Below the pieces are notes generated by a model. It did no database searches, was not told the DNA's origin, and saw only the letters and a program-made list of their open reading frames with translations. Both the position numbers and the translations under genes were made by a program. DNA of 58,296 bases, filler included, from Jimgerdemannia flammicorona (Eukaryota): assembly GCA_003990765.1 (NCBI GenBank). It is 2 parts of 2 records of this genome, joined end to end, with 100 filler letters (N's around TTAATTAATTAA, not from the genome) between each part and the next. Parts side by side here need not be neighbours in the genome. Positions count along the whole stretch, not along the records: positions 1 to 29,101 come from RBNJ01000518.1; 1 more part is not named here. One strand, 5' to 3'. Shown piece after piece: positions 12,048-22,766 of this stretch (position 1 is the stretch's first letter; each line of letters opens with the position of its first letter).

Positions 12048-13618
12048 TGTTATGTAGTGGTGGTTGAGTCTTTCAAATATGCCAGATTCTCTTCAAGGTG
12101 TATCTCTTAGACTAACTCAAGTTTGTTATAAGCAAGTTCTTATTGGAGTGCCTTCTCAAGGTCTTATAGTCCTCAAACTTCTTATCTTTAACTGTCTTGT
12201 TATCTCTTAGATTGCTTGTAAGAAATTGTATATAAGTGAACTGGAACTTAGAACTGACTTTATTTCAAAGGAAATAAGAGAGGTATTTATATAAAATATA
12301 ATTCAATAGTTGCTAAGATATAGAGCTAAATATAAATTCCAATAACTAAAATAAAATGCCAGGACAGAAAAAACTACTAAGTTCCAGGGTCAGCACTGAT
12401 GGTTGTATAGATTCAGGATGCTGGTATAATTCAGTGTTATATCAGAATATCAGTGCTGGCATTATTCAGTGTTATATCAGAATGCCAGTACTGGCATTAT
12501 TCAGTGTAACTAAGAGACTTAAAGCAGAATGTTCAAGACCATAAGAGTTTCATCATCAGAGGTCAGGATGTCTTTAAAGGAGATGAGGTCAGCAAACATC
12601 TCATCTGTCTTATCATTATCATTACATAAGTTATGTGTTTTGTGTACTTTACATGCTTTATCATATATCTCATGTATGTTGTGTGGGATGATATCATTGC
12701 TGATGACATCATTATATTTGGTAGTGGAGAAATCAGGGGCTCTCTAATCTATAAGATTCTCTTCCACAAAATAGAGAACAAATGTGGGGTCTTGGGGAGG
12801 TCTAACTTGGATGCTTGGGTCTTAGAATACTGAGATCAATCCTTGTAGGAATTGGTCTGGGTTGTCCTAAAGGATAGGATGCCAGTAGTCTTCTACTTCA
12901 TTACTATTGAGAGTGATAGTGGACTGGGCTTCTGTAGCCACCCTGGCTTCTAGTGCATTGATACAGCAGAATAATAGGTCTCTGAAATCTGAGACTCTAA
13001 TATACTCTAAGTTGAGGATCAACCATGGTACATGCCTAAAGATCTGATGAATCTTCTTAGCTGTCCTTATTTTGCATATATCTGTAGGAGTGGCATCTTG
13101 TAGCTCTTAAGTGCTGGTCTGTGGGAACTCCCAGCAGAGAAGGTTTCCTATTTCATACTCCTGTCATATTTGGAGATATTTGGTAGTAATAGTGATTCTT
13201 GTTTCCATTTCATGGCAATAGAGAATATAGTGATAAGGGTCACCAGTATCCAGGTTGACACTAGGAGTCCTTCTTGAGTGGGTCCTCATGGCTCTTCTAA
13301 TGTCTTGGAACATCCTCTCTTTGACTGAGATGCCTTGGTAGTTCCTTAACCTTGAGGTTTAGTGAGCAGCAGACATTTTGTTTGTAGTAAGTCTTTGAGC
13401 TATTTTGGGATTTGGTGGGTCTTGTTAATTGCTGCTACTGCAGTTTCTTGATTCTTCTTTTATATTTCTCAAGATATCATACTGTAGTCACAATAACTCA
13501 CAGTTGGTCATCATTGCTCATCTTGTATGTTATATAATCTTCTTGTACTCCAATCTGGTAGCTTGTAAGGAAAGACTGTCTCCTGTGCTGATGTCATCAT
13601 TCTGGAGTCACCATTACA
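12048..13618 (-). repeat. 3' LTR, family B
   Basis: Equal-length paralogue of 17965-19535; TATA at ~12284-12293 and AATAAA at 12259-12264 (minus strand); 35-bp tandem repeat at ~12420-12508. Confidence 0.92.
12519..13376 (-). pseudogene. LTR(U3)-encoded ~285-aa protein of unknown function, 3' LTR copy
   Basis: ATG at 13376 and stop at 12519; same register as 18436-19293 with point-mutation stops. Confidence 0.7.
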
Positions 13619-13639
13619 TCTTTCTTCTAAATAAGGATC

Positions 13640-13985
13640 TTCTTGAGTATCCTTATTCATTGGTTCAGTTCTGAAAAATTTGCTGATCCTATAACCTCTA
13701 GCAAGGGGTTGAAAAGTGGTGTTTATGGGCTGGCATCTTCTCTTTGTATTTTAGCATGATGGTGAAGGGTCACTTCCTTCATATAGAACAAGGGCCTGAT
13801 TCTGATCATGACCAATCAGTTGATGGTTTGAACTCCTCTAGCTTCAAAAGTCTCATGGATGAGTAGTTGCTAGTGCTGTATCTCTTAGAGAATGGTCCAG
13901 ACAGATAGCCTGCTAGTCACAGGATATGCTGTTATGATTCATGGACTAGAACGTCATTACATTTTGCTTCTCTTGTATAGGTTCA
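13640..13985 (-). pseudogene. Accessory ORF3 relic between integrase and PPT, family B
   Basis: Translates through a frameshift as ..LRDTALATT/IHETFEARGVQTIN*LVMIRIRPLFYMKE..; boundaries approximate. Confidence 0.4.
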
Positions 13986-15532
13986 TAGTACTTCTTGAGT
14001 CTGTTTCTATATACCATAGTAGGCAGTATAGTCTCTAAGATTTTTCTAAGCCAGAAGGTGGTTCCCTTGATATCTTGCATATAGAAGGATTCTTCTCATT
14101 TGGGCTCCAGTTTTTGTAACCATGAGGCTTCTACTATATTTCAATACAGTAGAACCTTTTCTCCAATTCAGATGGGTTCTAGAGTCTTGTGATTCTTTTC
14201 TGCATTCTTTCTTGTCAGCACTTGTGACTAGTGCTCCCAACGAATTGAATCAAATCAAAGGTCCAATTCGATTCAAAGTTCGATTCGAACCTTAATTTTC
14301 AAAATGTAATAACTCGATGAAATCTCATCCAAATTTAACGTATTTTAGCTTGTTAGATTCACCGTATTAATGTGATTCTAACAAGCTAAAGTACGTTAAA
14401 TTTGGATGAGTTTACGCTGAGTTATCGCATTTTGAAAATTAGGATTCGAATCAGACCCTCAATTCGATTCAACTTTTGATTTGATTCGAATTGATTCGAA
14501 TTGAAAAATCCCCAATTCGATTTGACTTGTTTAACCCTCAATTTGATTCGATTCGAATTGATTTGACTCATTTGGGAGCACTACTTGTGACTTGATAATG
14601 TAATCTTCAGCCTTCTTCCTGATTTGATATAGTCTCTGGATTTCTGCATCAACCTGTCTCTAAGTTAGGTCTAGATTCATGGCTGAGGTTCTATCAGAAT
14701 CTTCTTCTCCAAAGAGTAGCTTCCTTGGGGTAAAGTATGTGCTCTGTGATCATATGTCTCATAGGACAGAGAGGGCAGTTGGGAGATAGTTATTCCAATT
14801 CTCATATATCTCTGAGATCTTTGCCAGGATGTTCTTGAGAGTCTTGTTGGTTCTCTCTGTCTGTCCATTTTCTTGAGGGTAGTACATGGTGGTCTTGATG
14901 TGCTGGATTTTGTATTTCTGATATATTATCTCATAGAATCTATTGACAAATTCTATGCCATAGTCTGTTGTGATTTGCTTCAGTATCTTGTAGTGGCAGA
15001 TGATTTCTCAGTACAGAAAGTCAGTTATAGAAAAGGTGTTGGCTTCTTGTAATGCTCCTGCCTCTATCTATTTGGTGAAGAGGTCTACAATAACTATAAT
15101 ATAGTAGTTTCCTGATAGTGTTACTGGTAGTGGTCCAATGATATCCATTGCAATGTTGTGGAAGGAGATAGGCTCAAATCTTGATGACCCAGATATCTGT
15201 TCTTGCTGATCTTATTTCTGTTTTTGGCACTTATTACACCCTTTGACAAATTGGCACAGGTCTTCTTCTATCTTGGACCACCATATGGTTCTTCTTACCT
15301 TGTCATATGTGTTGGTTCCTCCTAAGTATCCTTGCTTGTATACTTTCTTTATTACTTGATACCTTTTATATTTGGGTATTACTAGCTTTCCTCCTTTTCT
15401 GAGTATAGTGTTGTCTAGTTCAAACTGTTTCCAAGTCCAGTTGATGATGGTGATTATCCAGGGTTCAAGGTGGTTGAGCATCTTCCACTACCCAAGATAG
15501 CTGATTAATCTATAGTATAGCTCCTTATTCAT
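13946..15532 (-). pseudogene. Gypsy integrase, family B, interrupted by a MITE
   Basis: MNKELYYRLISYL, zinc-binding region ending CNKC, IAMDIIGPL, ITTDYGIEF and C-terminal KLEPK*EESF...NRLKKY. Confidence 0.85.
14229..14583. mobile_element. hAT-type MITE, 355 bp
   Basis: Terminal inverted repeats TAGTGCTCCCAA / TTGGGAGCACTA; perfect 8-bp TSD CTTGTGAC at 14221-28 and 14584-91; subterminal GATTCGAA repeats; central ~170-bp palindrome. Confidence 0.92.
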
Positions 15533-15562
15533 ATTGAATAGTCTTGATGGGGGTATTTTGGG

Positions 15563-15757
15563 CAGACTGCTTCTGGTTTTGATAATTCCGGCATGGCTTT
15601 CTAGCAACTTGACTCCAATTCCAGTGCTGAGTAGGGTAGTGGTCTGTAGTTCGAGAGTAGTATCTTGAATGCTGGTAAGGTCCATTCCTATGGCTCCTTC
15701 AGTCTTGTATTCTGGGATCTTGGCTTCAGGGTGAAACTTCTTGACCTTGAGGGTGAT
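15563..15757 (-). pseudogene. dut: N-terminal half of a trimeric dUTPase, family B
   Basis: ITLKVKKFHPEAKIPEYKTEGAIGMDL...STGIGVKLLESHAGIIKTRSSL contains motifs 1 and 2; motifs 3-5 are absent. Confidence 0.8.
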
Positions 15758-16099
15758 GTCTGATTCTTATTCCTCCTCATCATCACTGTCAGCTTGAAGC
15801 TCTGGGGGGTGGTCATCTTCTTCAGCTTCCCTTTTTGCTTTGGCAGCTTTTTACTCATATTTCTGTTGGTAGATTTTCCTGACTTCACTGATACAGGATC
15901 AGCAGTCATTCAGGTGTTCAGAGCAGTATATCCTAGTACTATGGGGGCATCTTCCTTGAGGGGCATAGTTATTAATGATCTTGTTGTACTACTGCTCATC
16001 TGTGAGCTTAGGTGTCTTGTTCTTATTCTTGTTTACTGAGTACATGAAGACCTCTGTGTCCTCTTCATCTTCTTCCTCTATATCTGGTAGGACTCCTTT

Positions 16100-17844
16100 G
16101 TGGATATTGATAGAGACTCATACCTTTCTTTCTCTATAGTTGATCTATATCTTCTGGGCATTGAGGTCAATGATGGCCTTGGCCTTATGAAGTCATTGGT
16201 TACCAATGAGAATATCATAGTTAGTGGCACTTATAATAATTACATCTACTGGAATGGTAGCTTCTCCTATTTTGATGAAGACTTCTCAGATTTTGCCAAG
16301 GAGGGTAGCTTATATACTATCTACTGTAACATAGACCATCTTGGTGGACTCTTCAATGTCCCAGCCTAGGCAGTCAATTGCCTTCTTGCTCATGAGGCAT
16401 CCTCCAGCACTGGTATCAATGATGGCATCAAAGATACAATCTTCAATCTGATATAGGGTATAGGCTGATATTTTGTACTAGTCTTTGGATTCTTCACTTG
16501 AGTTTTCGGATTCCTCCTGTGCAATGTGAGCTTCTATAATCTTGTACTCTTGATTCTTAGTGGTAGTTGCAAGTCCAACTCTCAACTGCTGTCTGAAGAC
16601 AGGGACTTCAGCTAGCTGTCCAAAAGTAGCATTGACCTTCTGTTCCTTGAGGTCCTTGTAGATATCATACTGGTGGATCTTAGTCTTGCATAGCTTCTGT
16701 TCCTTCTTACTTTCACTTTCTTCTGAGACTAGAGTAGTGCCTTCAATGATTTGGCAGACAGCTTCATCTAACTCCATATCTTGATCAATCTCCTCAGATT
16801 GAGTCTTACTTTGAATAGTGATAGCTGGGGTCTTCTTTGATCTTCCAACTGGCTTGCTGTTGCTTTTCTTATTATAGGGCTTGGACTGGGTTCTGATACC
16901 TTTAGTAGTAAGGTAGAATTTAAGCTCCTTATAGTATTCTTCATCATCAGTATCACCAATCTCCTCGATGACTACTACATTGATTTATTCTCTAGTCCTG
17001 CTAGTATTGTTTGGTTGGGCTTTGCATCTTGTTTTAGTCATGCAATTCTTTATATTGTGGCCTTCTTATTTATATCTGAAGTATGTAATATTGCATTCTT
17101 CTGTAGCAGCTGCAAATCTCTGCACTGATCTCCTGTTGGCACTTCAGACTTCTCTAATAACATCACTAAGATATATAGTCATCTCAGTGAACTGCTTGGT
17201 GAGTTCCTCCACTGGGTCAGCTTTGGCTGCCTTAGGGATAGGTGGGGTTGATTGTCTGTTTACAACTATAGCAGATATGATACTAGTTGGCTTTGATGGC
17301 TCTATCTTGATGCCAGTTATTTTCTCCATTGAGTGTTCAGCAGGATGTCTGGCAGTCCAATATCTCTGTGTAAAGACCACTTTCTAATCAAGGGTCAGTG
17401 CAGCTGGGGCAGACTGGATTGCTAGTGCAATTTCAGAGTAAACTCCTTTGAGGAAGGTTGAATCCGCTATTTGTTCCTTGAGGGCATATTATAGTCAGCC
17501 AAGATAATCTGGTAGCAGATTCAGGTATAGAATGAGTTGGGATCTTCACTAAGTCCCTGACAGATAGTATTGAGTTGATCCTTGAGAGCTTGCTTGATCT
17601 CTTCAGTATAGTATGTTGTTCTGAGGAAGGCCTTCATATTGACAAGTTTGGCTGTATTATTATTGACAATAGTGGTTATATCAAACTTATCTCTGACAGG
17701 TCCTCTGAGGCTGACTGGTAGAAGAACTAATTGTGCATTCACACCAAGGGCTTGTATAGTGGGGAATTATTCAAAGTCTTCAATGAAGGTCAGGATTGAC
17801 TCTTTAGTAGTATATCTATAGAATGTGGGGAGATGTATTTCCAT
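16100..17844 (-). pseudogene. gag: Gag and aspartic protease, family B
   Basis: MEIHLPTFY..ESILTFIEDFE; decayed CCHC knuckle (YFRYK*EGHNIKNC, ~17040-17085); AIIDTSAGGC (~16398-16427) and YDILIGN. Confidence 0.8.
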
Positions 17845-17964
17845 CTTATCTTAAATTCTTGCAGGGGTGACTATTGTAGTCAGGGTAGTTATTGTGGGGG
17901 TTGTTTATTTTTTAGCTTAAAAGTAAGAGATTTGTCTTGAATCACCAGCCAATAGGTACCAAGT

Positions 17965-19535
17965 TGTCACATAGTGGTAGTTGAGTCTTTCAAATATACC
18001 AGATTCTCTTCAAAGTATATCTCTTAGACTAACTCAAGTTTTTTATAAGCAAGTTCTTATTGAAGTGCCTTTCTAAGGTCTTATAGTCCTCAAACTTCTT
18101 ATCTTTAACTGTCTTGTTATCTCTTAGATTGCTTGTAAGGAATTGTGTATAAGTGAACTAAAACTTAGAACTGACTTTATTTCAAAGGAAATAAGAGAGG
18201 TATTTATATAAAATATAATTCAATGGTTGCTAAGATATAGAGCTAAATATAAATTCCAATAACTAAAATAAAATACCAGGACAGGAAAAACTGCTAAGTT
18301 CTAGGGTTGGTACTGATGGTTGTACAGGTTCATAATGCTGGTATAATTCAGTATCACATCAGAATACTAGTACTGGTATTATTCAGTGTTATATCAGAAT
18401 GCTGGTGCTGGCATTATTCAGTGTAACCAAGGGACTTAGAGCAGAATGTTCAAGACTATAGGGGCTTCATCATCAGAGGTCAGGATGTCTTCGAAGGAGA
18501 TGAGGTCTACAAACATCTCATCTATCTTGTCATTGTTATTATATAGGTTGTGCATTTCACATACTTCACATACTTCATTGTGCATCTTGTGTATATTGCA
18601 TGGGATGATATCATTGTCAATGATATCATTATGTTTGACAGCAAGGAAATCAGGGACTCTCCAATCTATGAGGTTCTCTTCCACAAAATAGGGAACAAAT
18701 GTGGAGTCTTGGGGAGGTCTAACCTGAATACTTGAGCCTTGGAATACTGAGATCAATTCTTGCAGGAATTGGTCTAGGTTGTCCTAAAGGATAGGATGCC
18801 AGTAGTCTTCTACTTCATCACTATTGAGAGTGATAGTGGACTGGGCTTCTGTAGCCACTCTGACTTCTAGTGCATTGATATGGCAGGATGACAGGTCTCT
18901 GAAATCTGAGACTCTAATATACTCCAAGTTGGGGATTGATCATGGTGCATGCCTGAAGATCTGATGAATCTTCTTAGCTGTCCTTATTTTATATATATCT
19001 ATAGGAGTGGCATCTTGTAGCTCTTGAGTGCTGGCCTGTGGGAACTCCTGGTAGAGGAGGTTTTCTATTTCATACTCCTGCTATATTTGGAGGCATTTGG
19101 TAGCAATAGTAATCCTTATTTCCATTTCACAGCAGTAGAGGATATAGTGATAAAGGTCACTAGTACCCAGGTTGATACTAGGAGTCCTTCTTGAGTGGGT
19201 CCTCATGGCTCTTCTGATATCTTAGAACATCCTCTCTTTGACTGAGATACCTTGGTGATTCTTTGACCTTGAGGTTTGGTGAGCAGCAGACATTTTATTT
19301 ATAGTAAGTCTTTGAGCTATTTTGGGATTTAGTGGGTCTTGTTAGTTGCTGTTACTATGGTTTCTTAATTCTTCTTTTATATTTCTCAAGATATCATACT
19401 CTGGTCACAATGACTCACAGTTGGTCATCATTACTTATATTATATACTGTATAATCTTCTTGTGCTCCAATCTGGTAGCTTACAAGGAAAGACTGTCTCC
19501 TGTACTGATATTATCATTTTAGAGTCACTATTACA
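17965..19535 (-). repeat. 5' LTR, family B
   Basis: Paralogue of 12048-13618; adjacent PBS-like sequence. Confidence 0.92.
18436..19293 (-). pseudogene. LTR(U3)-encoded ~285-aa protein of unknown function, 5' LTR copy
   Basis: 286 codons from ATG 19293 to stop 18436, no frameshift and four internal stops of C-to-T type: MSAAHQTS...YEIENLLYQEFP...KIRTAKKIHQIFRHAP*SIPNLEYIRVSDFRDLS...YWHPIL*DNLDQFLQ...NLIDWRVP...EMFVDLISFEDIL. Confidence 0.75.
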
Positions 19536-19629
19536 TTATATAAAAGAATTTAATTTTTAATCTTTTTATATATAATTATTTTTAAATATATATTTTTATA
19601 TTTTAAAATTAATATAATAATATAACAAT

Positions 19630-20520
19630 TTCTTAGTCATATATCTTAGTTATGTATAGTCTCTTTCTATCTTTTCTCTAGTCTTTTTTAATCTTTTCTT
19701 AACTCTTACACCATAATATTTTATAGGCAAATTTGTCAGTAAAATTTTTTATATTTTTAATACTCTATTGATTATGAAAATATAAAAAAGTTGATTATAA
19801 TTTTTTTTTTTAAAATTTTATTAAATATTTTCATTTTTGCAGATAAATTTATCTATAATACAGTCTAAGAGATAAATATTTTATATATTTTGAATATTTA
19901 GAATTTTTTTTTTAGTATTAAGACTTTACTAGAATATTTTTATCTTTTTTTAATAATAAGAATCTTATTATATATATATATATAGCTAGTTATAGAATCT
20001 TTGAAAATATTATAAAACTATATTATTAATCTTTTACTAAGAATACCATCTTGGCTTTTTTTTTTATTTCTAAAATTCTTTCAAATCTTTCTTTCAGATT
20101 CTATATAAATATTCTCTTTAATTACTTGAATAAAGCTTAAAATGTTTTTCTCAAAACTATTCAAATCTATAAATATCTCTTTAAGTTATTATAATAATTT
20201 CTTAATTATAACTTAGTTATAATATATTTTTATATCTTTTCTCTAGTCTTTTCTTATCTTTTCTTAAATATTCTATAATATTCTAGTATTTTTTAAAAAC
20301 TTAAAATTTCTCTCTTCATATTAAGATTTTACTAGAATATTTTTATTTTTTCTTAATACTAATTATCATATCTTATATATATAGCTAATTTAAGAACTTT
20401 TTAGAATATTGTAGAATTCTATTAGTCATCTTTATTGAGAACTATTTTCTTGACTTTTTCTTTATTTTTAAGATTCTTTTAGATCTTTCTTTTAGATTTT
20501 ATATAAATATTCTCTTTCTC
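19630..20520. repeat. Highly decayed AT-rich direct duplication
   Basis: ~19631-19702 resembles ~20199-20267 and ~19895-20119 resembles ~20299-20517. Confidence 0.55.
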
Positions 20521-21489
20521 TTATTAGGAAAAAAAATTAGTTTATATTTACTAGTTTATATTTATAGCTATTTGAGTTCATATTATTTAATATAATTTGA
20601 GTTTATAGCTATTTAGTTTATATTACTATATATTTCTATCTATATACTTGTTATTTAGTTTATATAGCTATGTTTTTAAGAAAACAAATCTGTTAGTATC
20701 TATTAGTTCATATCTATAGTTATATAATAACTCTCACTTCTATCCCTCTCTTATCCTTTGGATAATTAGAGAAGTAAGACTATTACTTAGGGACTTAGTA
20801 TACAATGTGTATTAAGAAGCATTCAGTTTGAGGAAACACTTACTTAAAAGTAATTGTAGTAGTAGTGCTTTATCTTTCAAAGGTCTTTCTCTTTTGTTCT
20901 ATCTTTCAAGGGTCTTGTTCTTTGCTATACACAGACTGAATTTATCTTGGAATTCAGATTCAATAGATTTACTTAAGTTTTTGGAGATTTATATATTAGT
21001 CTTAGTTCTGGCAGAAGTTAGCTAGGCTTCTGGAGTTTAGTCAGAAATACTAGTGTCACTTAGATGTCATTACTAAGACTCAGGAGAATATGTATGTGTG
21101 GGGGAGACTTGATTCTTATATTAAGGACTGAACTAAAACTCCTTTATTTCAGATGGAAACTGAGGGTATTTATATAAGTTGGTCTGTGATTTCTGATTAA
21201 GTATATTTGACAACTGTAGTGAGATTTATGATCATGATATCTATTACTAGGCAATGATCAGCATTACTGCAGCACTGGTTACTACAGTGCTAATTACTGT
21301 AGTGCTGATTGCTGTAATGCTATACTGTAGTACCAATTGCTGAGAATAAGCTGAATATCATTTATTCACATTGTTTATATCATTTGTCATTCATAATATT
21401 ATATGTTGTACTCAATCATATGATGACATTATCACTGAATCATGTGATCACTCATCATATCTCATCTGTTCACTTATTCATTCTATTAT

Positions 21490-21858
21490 ATTCTTCTCTC
21501 CTTAGAAATTAACATTCTCATTGATTTGGAAATTGAGAACCAGGAGAGAGAAAGGTAGAGAATCTTTCTCAATATTGTTGCCTTCTTCTTCAGTAGTAAG
21601 GGGGGTAGATATTAATGGCTCACTATCTAGAATGGAGAAGTCAATGAGGTCTACAAATAGTTCTTACATTAGTATAGGTAGTGGTATAGGGGTTCTCCAT
21701 CTGATATAGTTGGCACCATCTAAGTAGAGTTCTTGATCCTTATATCTGGAGATATTCATTCAGATAGGTGGTTCTTCAAAGAGGTCAGAGTGGCCTTGAA
21801 GCCATTGGTCTGGGTTGTCATTCAGAAGGGGGCTCCAGTAGGGCTTGATGTCAGTAGA
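21490..21858 (-). pseudogene. C-terminal part of the LTR-encoded protein, family C
   Basis: STDIKPYWSPLLNDNPDQWLQGHSDLFEEPP..NYIRWRTP..ELFVDLIDFSIL aligns with the family B LTR ORF. Confidence 0.7.
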
Positions 21859-22030
21859 GTGGTACAGTCTTACCATCATTAAAGGTAACACTTCTTTTCT
21901 CATTGATTGGCCTGCTTTGGGCTTCAATCCTCTTGGCAGTCTTAGTGCTGATATAGTTTCCAATAGTACCACTATTAAGCAAGATATTGACATTCTGTCT
22001 GTGGACTTGGCCTGTAAACTTGATGCAACT
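21859..22030 (-). pseudogene. N-terminal fragment of aspartic protease, family C
   Basis: IKFTGQVHRQNVNILLNSGTIGNYIS..VTFNDG; the DSG motif has decayed to NSG at ~21968-21976. Confidence 0.7.
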
Positions 22031-22346
22031 GTCCTCCTTTTTGATAGTATTGAGCTCTTCATCTTCATTGTTGTCCCAATTGCTGTTAGTCTCCTTGAAG
22101 TCAGTTTCTCTCTATCCTTTACAAAGAGGGTTATCTTGTTTGGATTCCTCAGTCTGTTGGGCTTAGCACTTCTTGGATTGAATTTTGAAAACTTTGGAGA
22201 GACATGCATGGTATTTACTAACATATTCAATACAGTACATTTAGATAGAAAGAGGGTATCATCTACATGATGTATAATTATCTGCAATTCTCTTGTGAGT
22301 TTTTATCATCTTCCTTCATGGTTGAGACCTTTTGACTGAGAGGTTT

Positions 22347-22766
22347 GTTGGTTGATCTAAACCCTTTCTTGTCATGGTCTGTCTGGGAGAGCTCAGGGAC
22401 TTCTTCAATGGTGAGATCTTGACAGATTTCTTTAATGATTGCTTGGGCAATTATTTGGCCTACTTTGACTTCAAATGAGGTATCTCCAAAATTTCACAAG
22501 ATGACACAGATTTTGCCAGTAAATTCTTGGTCAACTACTCCTCTTCTTAGCCCAATATTGAATTCTTTAGCCAGACTGCTTTGCTCAGTAAGGCAGATGT
22601 ATGTATCTTTGGGAGCTTGCATTTCAATCTCTGTTCAGACTGTAGTATTAGTACTAGGTGAGATGGTGAGATCTTGGCTACTGTAGAGATCATATCCTGC
22701 ATTGGTGGGATGAGTCTTAGTGGGGATGGTAGTCTTATATCATATCTTCTGTACTTTGATGACATT
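22347..22766 (-). pseudogene. dut: Full-length trimeric dUTPase relic, family C, between gag and protease
   Basis: IPTKTHPTNAGYDLYS...EQSSLA..GVVDQEFTGKICVIL*N...GQIIAQAII...TDHDKKGFRST covers motifs 1-5; absent from the ORF track. Confidence 0.88.

Larger units (their letters stand above)
12048..19535 (-). mobile_element. Family B Ty3/gypsy element with two 1571-bp LTRs, 4-bp TSD (TTAT) and no RT/RNase H
   Basis: Direct repeats 12048-13618 and 17965-19535 with TG..CA ends; TTAT at 12044-47 and 19536-39; PBS-like TGGTACC at ~17945-17961; purine tract at 13619-13630; gag, protease, partial dUTPase and integrase in between. Confidence 0.92.

Noticed and set aside
20723..20804. Apparent 80-bp LTR pair suggesting a TRIM-like mini-element
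   Set aside because: The left LTR continues to ~21858 with TATA, AATAAA and the U3 ORF; the right LTR is simply truncated.
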